Below, one piece after another: positions 18,672 through 27,523 of a stretch of 62,564 nucleotides of DNA. The stretch spans positions 1 through 62,564 of the forward strand of contig JBEKCB010000033.1 in assembly GCA_050015075.1 (NCBI GenBank). Reading direction: 5' to 3'. Source of the stretch: Candidatus Brocadiia bacterium. Its GTDB lineage: Bacteria > Planctomycetota > Brocadiia > CAIUPP01. The stretch's first letter is position 1; each line of letters starts with the position of its first letter. A model generated the notes under the pieces. That model made no database searches. It saw only the letters and a list, made by a program, of their open reading frames with translations, and was not told the DNA's origin. A program made the position numbers and the translations under genes.

Positions 18672-18700
18672 TTGAAAACACTGCTACTTTGTGGGATAAT
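18672..18700 (+). promoter_or_regulatory. Candidate sigma-70 promoter of the heme operon
   Basis: TTGAAA-N17-GATAAT with TG extension in an AT-rich patch about 160 bp before hemC. Confidence 0.5.
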
Positions 18701-18859
18701 AGATTTATGGGCTTGATCGCTTCTCCGTGTCGAACGCGGACGCCGGAAGACCTCTGAATCGCAGTTCTGTCGCCTGCCCGGTGCAGCGGGATCACTTTTC
18801 GTGACGCCAACGCGGCAGCGCCGCTCGCCGCCGAAGGCGTTTCGTCGCGAGGTAGGATA

Positions 18860-19828
18860 ATGGAAGTCTGTGTAATCGGCACTCGCGGTTCGCCGCTGGC
18901 GATGTGGCAGGCGGACCACGTGCGCCGCGCGCTCCTCGAAGCGCATCCGGGCCTGGAGGTTCGCCTCGAGGTCATCCGCACCACGGGCGACGTGCTGCTG
19001 GAGCCGCCGCTCGCGAAGATCGGCGGCATGGGCGTCTTCACAAAAGAGATCGAGAACGCGCTGCTGAAACGCCAGGTGGACGTGGCGGTGCACAGCCTCA
19101 AAGACCTGCCGACTCAGCTCGCCGACGGCCTTCGCCTGGCGGCCGTCCTCAAGCGCGAGGACCCGGCCGACGCGCTCGTCGCGCGCGACGGGCGAAGCCT
19201 GACGCAACTCCCCGCCGGCGCGAAGGTCCTGACCGGCTCGCTGCGCCGCCAGGCGCAACTGCTGCACCGCCGCCCCGACCTGAAGGTCGCGCAGATGCGA
19301 GGCAACGTGCAGACCCGGCTGGACAAATTCGACCAGTCCGACGCAAGCGCCATGCTCCTCGCCTGCGCGGGACTGGCTCGGCTGGATCTGTCCGACCGGA
19401 TCACGGAGCGGCTCGATCCCGCCGACTTTCTGCCCGCCTGCGGCCAGGGCGCAATGGCGGTCGAGGTCCGCGCCGACGACGCGCGCGTGGCGGAGTTCTG
19501 CCGCGCGCTCGACGACCGCGCCACGCGCCTGGCTACGACGGCGGAGCGCGCGTTCCTGGCCGCGCTCGGCGGCGGCTGCCTGGCGCCGATCGGCGCTTAC
19601 GGCCGGTCGCCGGCCGGACAGGAAAAGCTGGCGCTGACCGGCATGGTGGCCAGGCTGGACGGATCGCGCCTGATCCAGCGGACGGTTGAGAGCGCCGCTC
19701 CGAAAAGCGAGAGCGATGCCGTCGCGCTCGGTGAGCGTCTTGCGGAACGATTGCGCGCGGAAGGAGCGGAAGAAATCCTGCGGGAGATCGCCTCCAAGTC
19801 CGCGACTACGCTGAGGGAAGGACCATGA
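18860..19828 (+). CDS. hemC: Hydroxymethylbilane synthase (porphobilinogen deaminase)
   Basis: IGTRGSPLAMWQA, GVFTKEIE, AVHSLKDLP, GSLRRQAQL, RGNVQTRL, LGGGC. Confidence 0.97.
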   Translation: MEVCVIGTRGSPLAMWQADHVRRALLEAHPGLEVRLEVIRTTGDVLLEPPLAKIGGMGVFTKEIENALLKRQVDVAVHSLKDLPTQLADGLRLAAVLKREDPADALVARDGRSLTQLPAGAKVLTGSLRRQAQLLHRRPDLKVAQMRGNVQTRLDKFDQSDASAMLLACAGLARLDLSDRITERLDPADFLPACGQGAMAVEVRADDARVAEFCRALDDRATRLATTAERAFLAALGGGCLAPIGAYGRSPAGQEKLALTGMVARLDGSRLIQRTVESAAPKSESDAVALGERLAERLRAEGAEEILREIASKSATTLREGP

Positions 19829-21348
19829 GCGCGGGGCGCGTTTATCTCATCGGAGCCGGCCCCGGCGATCCGGGGCTGCTGACGTTGCGCGGCAAAGCCC
19901 TGCTGGCGCGCGCCGACGTGGTGGTGTACGACCACCTCGTCTCGCCGCGCCTGCTGGAGCACGCGCCCGCCAACGCGGAGCGCGTCTATGTCGGCAAGCG
20001 CGCCGGCGCGCATACGTTGAGCCAGGAGGAAATCAACCGCCTGCTGGTCGAGCGCGCGGGGACCGGCGCCACGGTCGCGCGGCTGAAGGGCGGAGATCCC
20101 TTCGTCTTCGGGCGCGGCGGCGAGGAGGCCTTGGCGCTCTGCGACGCCGGCATCCTCTTCGAGGTGGTCCCCGGTGTTACAGCCGGCATTGCGGCGCCCG
20201 CTTACGCGGGAATCCCGGTCACCCACCGGCAACTGGCCAGCGGCGTGGGCCTGCTCACCGGGCACGAGTCGCCGGACAAGGAGGAAAGCTCGCTGGACTG
20301 GAGCGCGCTGGCGAAGTGGAAAGGCACGCTCTCGTTCTACATGGGCACGGAGAACCTCAGCCCGATTTGCGAACGGCTGGTCGCGGAGGGCCTCGATCCG
20401 CAGACTCCCGCCGCGGCGATCCGCTGGGGCGCGACGCCCTCTCAGAAAGTCGTCACCGCCACAGTTGAGACGCTCGCCGCCGCGGCGCAGTCGGCCGGGC
20501 TCGAGCCGCCGGTGATGATCGTGATCGGGCGAGTGGTCGCGCTGCGGGAGAAGCTCAACTGGTTCGAGCGGCGGCCGCTCTTCGGCCGGCGCATCGTGGT
20601 GACGCGCGCGCGCGCGCAGGCCTCGGAGTTCGCCGCGCTGCTCGAAGAACAGGGTGCGGAGGTGGTCGAGGTGCCGACGCTCCGCATCGAGCCGCCGCTG
20701 GATCCGGGTCCGCTCAATGAGAGCGTCGCGCGGGCGGGCGAGAAATTCGACTGGATCGCGTTCACCAGCGTCCATGCGGTGGACGCCGTGTTCGACGCGT
20801 TGAGCCGGGCCGGTTTGGACGCGCGCGCGCTGGCGCCGAGCCGAGTCGCGGCGATCGGTCCTGCGACGGCGGAACGGTTGGCGCAACACGGCATTCGCGC
20901 GGACATGCAGCCCGGCACATTCACTACGGCTGCCGTCGTCGCGGCGCTCGCCTCGGCGGGCGATCTCAAGGGCCGGCGCGTGCTGTGCCCGCGGTCGGAC
21001 ATCGCTCCGCCGGAACTGACCGATGCCCTGCGGGAATGCGGCGCCGTGGTCACCGAGGTGGTCGCCTATCGAACCTTGCCGGATGTCTCGAACGCCGCAC
21101 AGGTCAGGGACCTGCTCCTGCGCGGTGAGGTCCATTGGTTGACCTTCACGAGTTCCTCGACGGTCCGGTACTTCTGCTCCGCCGTCGGGCTCCAGGCGCT
21201 GATCGCCGGCCGCCCCAGGATCGCCAGCATCGGGCCGGTGACTTCCGCCACGCTGCGCGAGTGCGGCCTGACCGCCATCGTCGAGGCGAAGGAGCATACC
21301 ATTCCGGGCCTGCTCAATGTGATCGTCCAGTCGGAAACGGCTCATTAG
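19825..21348 (+). CDS. cobA: Fused uroporphyrinogen-III C-methyltransferase / uroporphyrinogen-III synthase (CobA-HemD)
   Basis: GAGPGDPGLLT, RLKGGDPFVFGRGGEE, then PLFGRRIVVTRA, FTSSSTV, SIGPVTS. Confidence 0.95.
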   Translation: MSAGRVYLIGAGPGDPGLLTLRGKALLARADVVVYDHLVSPRLLEHAPANAERVYVGKRAGAHTLSQEEINRLLVERAGTGATVARLKGGDPFVFGRGGEEALALCDAGILFEVVPGVTAGIAAPAYAGIPVTHRQLASGVGLLTGHESPDKEESSLDWSALAKWKGTLSFYMGTENLSPICERLVAEGLDPQTPAAAIRWGATPSQKVVTATVETLAAAAQSAGLEPPVMIVIGRVVALREKLNWFERRPLFGRRIVVTRARAQASEFAALLEEQGAEVVEVPTLRIEPPLDPGPLNESVARAGEKFDWIAFTSVHAVDAVFDALSRAGLDARALAPSRVAAIGPATAERLAQHGIRADMQPGTFTTAAVVAALASAGDLKGRRVLCPRSDIAPPELTDALRECGAVVTEVVAYRTLPDVSNAAQVRDLLLRGEVHWLTFTSSSTVRYFCSAVGLQALIAGRPRIASIGPVTSATLRECGLTAIVEAKEHTIPGLLNVIVQSETAH

Positions 21349-21360
21349 GAAGACGCTTTC

Positions 21361-22542
21361 ATGATCGGTATCTCGAAGCTCTATTGCGGAACCGTCGAGC
21401 CTTCGGACGTCCTGCGTTACGGCGCGGAGTCGAAGAAACTTCCCAGCCACCTCTTGCAGTTCTCGCGCGACAAGAAGCCGGTGGTCGTCTGGAACTGCAC
21501 GCGGCGGTGCAACCTCCGCTGCCGGCACTGCTATTCGCGTTCGGCGGACCAGCATTACGAAGCGGAAATGACGACCGACGAGGGATTCGCCCTGCTGGAG
21601 GACCTGGCCCGGTTCGGCGCGCCGGTCGTGCTGTTCTCAGGCGGCGAACCGCTGACGCGTCCCGACCTGCTGGACCTGGTCTCGCGCGCGGTGCAGCTCG
21701 GCCTCCGGGCCGTCATCTCCACCAACGGCACGCTGATTGACGAGGCGAAGGCCGCGCGGCTGAAAGAAATCGGCCTGAGCTACGTGGGCATCTCGCTCGA
21801 CGGCATGCGCCCCACCAATGACCTGTTCCGCGGCGTGGAAGGCGCGTACGACCGCGCGCTGCAGGGACTCCGCAACTGCCTGAAGGCCGGAGTGAAAGTC
21901 GGGCTGCGCTTCACGATCACCCGCAGCAACGCGGCCGATATCCCGGCGCTCTTCGACCTCGTTCGCGAGGAGCACGTGCCGAGGATTTGCTTCTACCACC
22001 TCGTCTATGCCGGCCGCGGCGCGGCGCTCATGGCCGAGGATCTCGATCCCGCCGCCGCGCGCAAGGTCGTGGACTTGATCATTGACCGCACGGCGGAGCT
22101 GCACCGCCAGGGCATTCCGACCGAGGTGCTGACGGTGGACAACCACGCGGACGGCGTCCATCTCTACCTGCGCATGTTGCGCGAGGGCAACCCGCGCGCC
22201 GAGACCGTGCGCGAACTGCTGCTGATGAACGGCGGCAATTCCTCCGGCACCGGCATCGGCTGCGTGAGCTGGGACGGCTCGGTCCACCTCGACCAGTTCT
22301 GGCGGCACGTGACGCTGGGGAACGTCCGCGAGCGCAAGTTCTCGGAGATCTGGACCGACCTCTCGAACCCGCTCCTGGCGAAACTCCGAGACCGGCGCAG
22401 CCACGTGACCGGCCGCTGCGCGCGCTGCCGATACCTGGACCTCTGCGCCGGCAATTTCCGCGTCCGCGCCGAGGCGGCCACCGGCGACCTGTGGGCGCCC
22501 GACCCGGCCTGCTACTTGACCGACGAGGAAATCGGGGCATGA
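21361..22542 (+). CDS. ahbC: Radical SAM Fe-coproporphyrin synthase AhbC (NirJ1-like)
   Basis: MIGISKLYCG..LRYG, VVWNCTRRCNLRCRHCY, CFYHLVYAGRG, LTVDNHADG, GGNSSG. Confidence 0.93.
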   Translation: MIGISKLYCGTVEPSDVLRYGAESKKLPSHLLQFSRDKKPVVVWNCTRRCNLRCRHCYSRSADQHYEAEMTTDEGFALLEDLARFGAPVVLFSGGEPLTRPDLLDLVSRAVQLGLRAVISTNGTLIDEAKAARLKEIGLSYVGISLDGMRPTNDLFRGVEGAYDRALQGLRNCLKAGVKVGLRFTITRSNAADIPALFDLVREEHVPRICFYHLVYAGRGAALMAEDLDPAAARKVVDLIIDRTAELHRQGIPTEVLTVDNHADGVHLYLRMLREGNPRAETVRELLLMNGGNSSGTGIGCVSWDGSVHLDQFWRHVTLGNVRERKFSEIWTDLSNPLLAKLRDRRSHVTGRCARCRYLDLCAGNFRVRAEAATGDLWAPDPACYLTDEEIGA

Positions 22543-24620
22543 ATCACGGCGCTCATCCGCCTTCCGCCACCGGCGCGCCTCTCCCGAGGCTCATCGCCTG
22601 GGAGGTCACGCGCTCGTGCCTCTTGAACTGCAAGCACTGCCGCGCGGCGGCACGGCAGGAAGCGTACTCCGGCGAATTCACCCTCGCGGAATGCCGCGCG
22701 CTCCTGGACAACGTCGCTTCCTTCGCCCGGCCGACGATCATCCTCACCGGCGGCGAGCCGATGCTGCGTGCGGACATTTACGACATCGCCGCCTACGCGC
22801 ACGGACTGGGCCTGACGGTGGTGATGGCGCCGTGCGGCCCCCTGCTGAACGACGAGACCGTCGCGAAGATCCGCCGGTCGGGAATCCAGCGCATTTCGCT
22901 CTCGCTCGATGGCGCGACGGCGGCGTCGCACGACGAGTTCCGCGGCATTCCCGGCGCGTTCGAGTCCGTCCTGCACGGCATCGAAGCGGCCCGGCGCGGC
23001 GGGCTGGAGTTCCAGATCAACACCACGGTGAGCAAGCACAACCTGGCCGAATTGCCCGCGATCCTCGACCTCGCGATCCGGCTGCGCGCGGTGCTCTTCA
23101 ATCCGTTCCTGCTCGTGCCCACCGGCCGCGGGAGCGACCTGCGGGACCAGGAGCTGTCGCCCGAGGAGTACGAGCAGGTCCTCCAGTGGCTCGCGTCGCA
23201 GGCGAAAAACCCGGCCATGCCGATCCGCGTCACCTGCGCGCCGCACTACCAGCGGATCGTCCGGCAGATGCACGGCGCGGCATCGCCGGATACGCACGCG
23301 CCCGGCGGCTGCCTGGGCGGCAAGGCGTTCGCCTTCATCTCGCATCGCGGAAAAGTCCAAATCTGCGGGTTCCTGGACCTCGAGGCTGGAGATTTGCGGC
23401 GCGAGAATTTCGATTTCGCGAAGATCTGGAGAACCTCCGCGCTCTTTACCGCGGTGCGCGACGTGGACTCGTATCGAGGCCGCTGCGGCGGCTGCGAATT
23501 CCGGAAGGTCTGCGGCGGATGCCGCGCGCGCGCGCACGCGGTCACGGGCGACTACCTCGCCGAGGAGCCGTTCTGCAAGCACCAGCCGCACTCGTTGAAG
23601 CGGGTCCGGGCGAAACTCGATCCGCTCGATGAGAAACTTCTTGCGGCGATCCAGGCGGATTTCCCGCTGGTCGAGCGGCCGTTCGAGGCGCTGGCCGCCG
23701 CACTCGGCGCCGGCGCGGAGGATTTGATCGCGCGCGTCCGGCGCATGCGCTCCGAGGGCGTCATCCGCCGGCTGGGAGCGGTCTTCGACACGCGCCGACT
23801 GGGATACGTCTCGACGCTGGTGGCGGCGCGGATTCCGCCGGACCGGCTGGCCGAAGTCGCCGCCATGGTCAGCGAGGTCCCGGCGGTCACGCACAATTAC
23901 GGCCGGCGGCATTCGTACAACCTCTGGTTCACGTTGACGGCGGAGTCGGAGGCGGAGATCGAGCGCATACTGGCCGGCTTGCGGGCGCGGGCCGGAATCG
24001 GTGAGTTCCACAGCCTGCCCGCGCTGGCGATGTACAAGATTCAGGCCACGTTCCGGGCGGGCGACCAACGGCCGTCTCATCCGGCGCCGAACGCCGAAAC
24101 GAGCGCGGATGCCGTTGCTTTGACGGACGATCAGAAGCGGCTGGTGCGGCTGCTGGCGGGAGATTTGCCCATTGCGCAGGCGCCTTTCGCGGAACTGGCG
24201 TCGCAGGCGGGCACCAGCGGGCACGATTTGCTGGAGCAGATACGCGCGTGGCGGGCGGCGGGAGTGATCCGCCGTTTCGGCGCGGTCGTCGCTCATCACA
24301 GGCTGGGCTACTCGGCCAACGGGATGGCGGTGTTCCAGGTCCCGGACTCGCGCGTGGACGCTGCGGGCAAGCGCCTGGCGGAGTACGAGGAAATATCGCA
24401 CTGCTACCGGCGCCCGAGATTGGCCGATTGGCCCTACGATCTTTTCGCCATGGTCCACGGCCGGTCGGACGACGAGGTGCGGGAGTTCGTCGCCCGCGCG
24501 GCGCGTGACCTGGGGCTGGCGGACTACGACATCCTTTTCTCAACCGCCGAATTCAAGAAGAAGTCCTTCGAGTACTTCGCCGAGGTCCCGAGCGTCCTTC
24601 CTGAAGGCCAAAAAAGATGA
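22539..24620 (+). CDS. ahbD: Triple fusion: heme b synthase AhbD + siroheme decarboxylase AhbA + AhbB
   Basis: AWEVTRSCLLNCKHCRA, VTCAPHYQR, SPASM CGGCEFRKVCGGCRARA; then IQADFPL..THNYGRRHSYNLWFT and SHCYRRP..WPYDLFAMVHG. Confidence 0.92.
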   Translation: MNHGAHPPSATGAPLPRLIAWEVTRSCLLNCKHCRAAARQEAYSGEFTLAECRALLDNVASFARPTIILTGGEPMLRADIYDIAAYAHGLGLTVVMAPCGPLLNDETVAKIRRSGIQRISLSLDGATAASHDEFRGIPGAFESVLHGIEAARRGGLEFQINTTVSKHNLAELPAILDLAIRLRAVLFNPFLLVPTGRGSDLRDQELSPEEYEQVLQWLASQAKNPAMPIRVTCAPHYQRIVRQMHGAASPDTHAPGGCLGGKAFAFISHRGKVQICGFLDLEAGDLRRENFDFAKIWRTSALFTAVRDVDSYRGRCGGCEFRKVCGGCRARAHAVTGDYLAEEPFCKHQPHSLKRVRAKLDPLDEKLLAAIQADFPLVERPFEALAAALGAGAEDLIARVRRMRSEGVIRRLGAVFDTRRLGYVSTLVAARIPPDRLAEVAAMVSEVPAVTHNYGRRHSYNLWFTLTAESEAEIERILAGLRARAGIGEFHSLPALAMYKIQATFRAGDQRPSHPAPNAETSADAVALTDDQKRLVRLLAGDLPIAQAPFAELASQAGTSGHDLLEQIRAWRAAGVIRRFGAVVAHHRLGYSANGMAVFQVPDSRVDAAGKRLAEYEEISHCYRRPRLADWPYDLFAMVHGRSDDEVREFVARAARDLGLADYDILFSTAEFKKKSFEYFAEVPSVLPEGQKR

Positions 24621-25900
24621 CTTCGATCTCGAGCCGCGATCTGTTCGCCGAAGCCGTGAAGATCATCCCGGGCGGCGTGAACTCGCCGGTCCGCGCGTTC
24701 GGATCGGTGGGCGGAAGTCCGCGATTCATCGCCCGCGGGGCGGGCGCGCGCATTTGGGATGTCGAGGGAAACTCCTACATTGACTACGTCGGCTCGTGGG
24801 GCCCGCTCATCCTGGGGCACGCGCATGCCGAGACGGTGACCGCGGTCTGCGACGCGGCTCGGCGCGGCCTCAGCTTCGGCGCGCCGACGGCGGGCGAGGT
24901 CATGCTCGCGAAGATGATCGTCGAGCGAATCCCTTCGATCGAGATGGTCCGGCTGGTGAGTTCCGGCACCGAGGCGACCATGACGGCGCTGCGGGTCGCG
25001 CGGGGCTTCACCCGGCGCGAGAAGGTCATCAAGTTCTCCGGCTGCTATCACGGCCATTCCGACGCGTTCCTGGTCAAGGCGGGATCCGGCGCGGCCACGC
25101 TGGGCGTGCCGACGAGCCCGGGCGTCCCGGCCGCGGTCGCCGCTCAGACGACGGCGGTCGAGTTCAACGACCTGGACGCGGTCCGCGAGGTTTTTTCGGA
25201 GAGCCCGGACGAGGTCGCCGCCGTCATCGTCGAGCCGATCTGCGGGAACGCCGGCGTGATCCCGCCGGAGCCGGGTTTTCTACAGGGCCTGCGCGAGCTG
25301 TGCACGGCCCATGGCGCGCTGCTGATTCTCGACGAGGTGATGACCGGCTTCCGGATTCGCCCCGGCTCGGCCCAGGCGCTCTACGGGATTACGCCCGACC
25401 TGACCACGCTCGGGAAAATCGTCGGCGGCGGACTTCCCATCGGAGCGGTCGGCGGGCGGGCGGACATCATGAAATTGCTCGCGCCGTCGGGGCCGGTCTA
25501 CCAGGCCGGGACGCTCTCGGGCAACCCGGTGGCCGTCGCGGCGGGGATCGCCACACTGCGCGGCCTGAACGGCGCGGTCTACGATCGGTTGGAGACTCTC
25601 AGCGCGCGCCTGGAGGCGGGCATTCGGGGAAACCTGGCGCGACTCGCGTTCCCCGGGCGGTTCCAACGCGTGGGATCCATGGCCACGCTGTTCTTCACCG
25701 ACCGGCCCGTGAAATCCATGCGCGATGCGGCATCGTGCGACACGCAGCAGTTCGCCGCGTACTTCAGCGCGATGCTCGCGGCCGGAATCTATCTGCCGCC
25801 AAGCCAGTTCGAGGCCTTCTTCATCAGCGCCGCGCACACGGAGGAAGATATTGACCGGACGATCGCGGCGAATGGGGCTGCGCTGGCGGAGATTCGTTGA
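24617..25900 (+). CDS. hemL: Glutamate-1-semialdehyde 2,1-aminomutase
   Basis: IPGGVNSPVRAF, SSGTEATM, GCYHGHSD, DEVMTGFR, GKIVGGGLP, YQAGTLSGNP. Confidence 0.97.
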   Translation: MTSISSRDLFAEAVKIIPGGVNSPVRAFGSVGGSPRFIARGAGARIWDVEGNSYIDYVGSWGPLILGHAHAETVTAVCDAARRGLSFGAPTAGEVMLAKMIVERIPSIEMVRLVSSGTEATMTALRVARGFTRREKVIKFSGCYHGHSDAFLVKAGSGAATLGVPTSPGVPAAVAAQTTAVEFNDLDAVREVFSESPDEVAAVIVEPICGNAGVIPPEPGFLQGLRELCTAHGALLILDEVMTGFRIRPGSAQALYGITPDLTTLGKIVGGGLPIGAVGGRADIMKLLAPSGPVYQAGTLSGNPVAVAAGIATLRGLNGAVYDRLETLSARLEAGIRGNLARLAFPGRFQRVGSMATLFFTDRPVKSMRDAASCDTQQFAAYFSAMLAAGIYLPPSQFEAFFISAAHTEEDIDRTIAANGAALAEIR

Positions 25901-25926
25901 ATAAGAGCGGAATGAACGCCGGTTTT

Positions 25927-25997
25927 GCCGCGAAGAGGCGCAAGAGATAAGGCAAACTTCCTGTAGTTGCGCCGCGCCTCTTGCGCCTCTTTGCGGC
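25927..25997. repeat. 20-bp inverted repeat between convergent hemL and nuoN (REP-like or bidirectional terminator)
   Basis: GCCGCGAAGAGGCGCAAGAG ... CTCTTGCGCCTCTTTGCGGC, one mismatch. Confidence 0.75.
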
Positions 25998-26023
25998 TAT
26001 TTTGTTTTATCCGCTTACGCTAC

Positions 26024-27514
26024 TCAGTAGTTCAGCACGAGCGCCGAGTTTGCGGCGAACGTCTGCAGCGGGCCCCAGTAGACGCCCAGGATCAATACCG
26101 GAACGGCGAGAATCAGCATCACGGCGCAGTACGGCAGCGCCACGGGTCTGTGCGCGGCGGCGCCCGCTTCCGCGTCGGTCAAGAACATCACCCGGACGAT
26201 CCTCGCATAGTAGTACAGCGAAATGGCGGCGTTGATGACGCCGACCAGGGCGAGCACGTCGTACCAGGGTCCCGCCTTCTGAAGCACCGCAGCGAAGATA
26301 TAAAATTTCGCTACGAACCCGCCCAGCGGCGGAACGCCGGCGAGCGAGAAAAGAAAGATCGCCATCGTTACGGCCAGCAGCGGGCGGGTCTGCGAGAGGC
26401 CGCGATAGCCGTTGATGTCTTCGCGCCCGGTGCTGTCCCGGACGGCCATCACGACGAGGAAGGCGCCCAGGTTCATCAGCAGGTAGACGCCGAGATAGAG
26501 CATGACGGCGTCCACCCCCTGCGGCGTAAACACGGAGAGTCCCATGAGCATGTAGCCGGCATGGGCGATGCTCGAATAGGCGAGAAGGCGCTTCACGTTC
26601 TGCTGCCGGATCGCGGCGAGGTTGCCCAGGGTCATGGTGGCTGCGGCCGCCAGTCCGAACAAGGCGGGCCACGGGACTGCGGCCGTGCCGACGACGGTGG
26701 TGAAAAAGCGGATGAGCACCGCGAACCCGGCGGCCTTCGGGCCGACGGAGAGCAGCGCCGTCACGGGCGTCGGCGCGCCCTGGTATACGTCCGGGCACCA
26801 CATGTGAAACGGCACCGCCGCGATCTTGTAGGCGAACCCGGCGAACACCATGACGAGCGCGATGGAGCAGATCAGCTTGTTCGAGGCCGGCCCTCCGCTC
26901 GCCAGCAGCCCCGCCATCGCCTTGCCGATCTCCCGGATGTCCAGTTGCCCGGTCAGACCATAGAGATACGAGAAGCCGAACAGCATGATCCCGGAGGCCA
27001 GCGCGCCATACACGACGTACTTGAGCGCCGCCTCCGTGGAGTTCGGCTCGTTCCGTTTGAACGCGGTCAGGACGTAGGAGCAGATCGAGAGGAACTCGAT
27101 GGAGAGGACGATCATCAGGCAATGCGTCGCGCTCGCGAGCAGGAACATGCCGACGGTGAGCGCCAGCAGCAGCGCGAAGAATTCGCCTTCCTGCGGGCGC
27201 TCCACCTCCAGCGACGAGTACGACAGGATCGCCACCACGGCGCCCGCCGCCAGGAACAGCCACTTGAAGTAGATGGAGAACGAGTCCACGACGACCATGC
27301 CCGAGAAGAGGGACACGGCGCCGGCCGCTCCGGGATGAACGCTCCAGAGCGCCAGCGCCGCCAGGGCGAACGCCGCCAGGGTGATCCCGAGCGCCAACTT
27401 CCGCCTGAGCGCCGGGACGTTCATCGCGAACAGGTCGGCGCAGAGGACGAGGAGGACCCCGCAGATCAGGATCGCCTCGGGCAGAAACAGTTTCAGGTCG
27501 TGGAGACTCGACAT
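26024..27514 (-). CDS. nuoN: NADH-quinone oxidoreductase subunit N
   Basis: EAALKY, KIAAVPFHMWCPDVYQGAPTPV, KRLLAYSSIAHAGY. Confidence 0.95.
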   Translation of the reverse strand: MSSLHDLKLFLPEAILICGVLLVLCADLFAMNVPALRRKLALGITLAAFALAALALWSVHPGAAGAVSLFSGMVVVDSFSIYFKWLFLAAGAVVAILSYSSLEVERPQEGEFFALLLALTVGMFLLASATHCLMIVLSIEFLSICSYVLTAFKRNEPNSTEAALKYVVYGALASGIMLFGFSYLYGLTGQLDIREIGKAMAGLLASGGPASNKLICSIALVMVFAGFAYKIAAVPFHMWCPDVYQGAPTPVTALLSVGPKAAGFAVLIRFFTTVVGTAAVPWPALFGLAAAATMTLGNLAAIRQQNVKRLLAYSSIAHAGYMLMGLSVFTPQGVDAVMLYLGVYLLMNLGAFLVVMAVRDSTGREDINGYRGLSQTRPLLAVTMAIFLFSLAGVPPLGGFVAKFYIFAAVLQKAGPWYDVLALVGVINAAISLYYYARIVRVMFLTDAEAGAAAHRPVALPYCAVMLILAVPVLILGVYWGPLQTFAANSALVLNY

Positions 27515-27523
27515 CCGTTCACC

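Noticed and set aside
18705-18859. Possible riboswitch in the hemC leader
   Set aside because: No recognisable cobalamin, SAM or other aptamer consensus by eye; an Rfam scan would be needed
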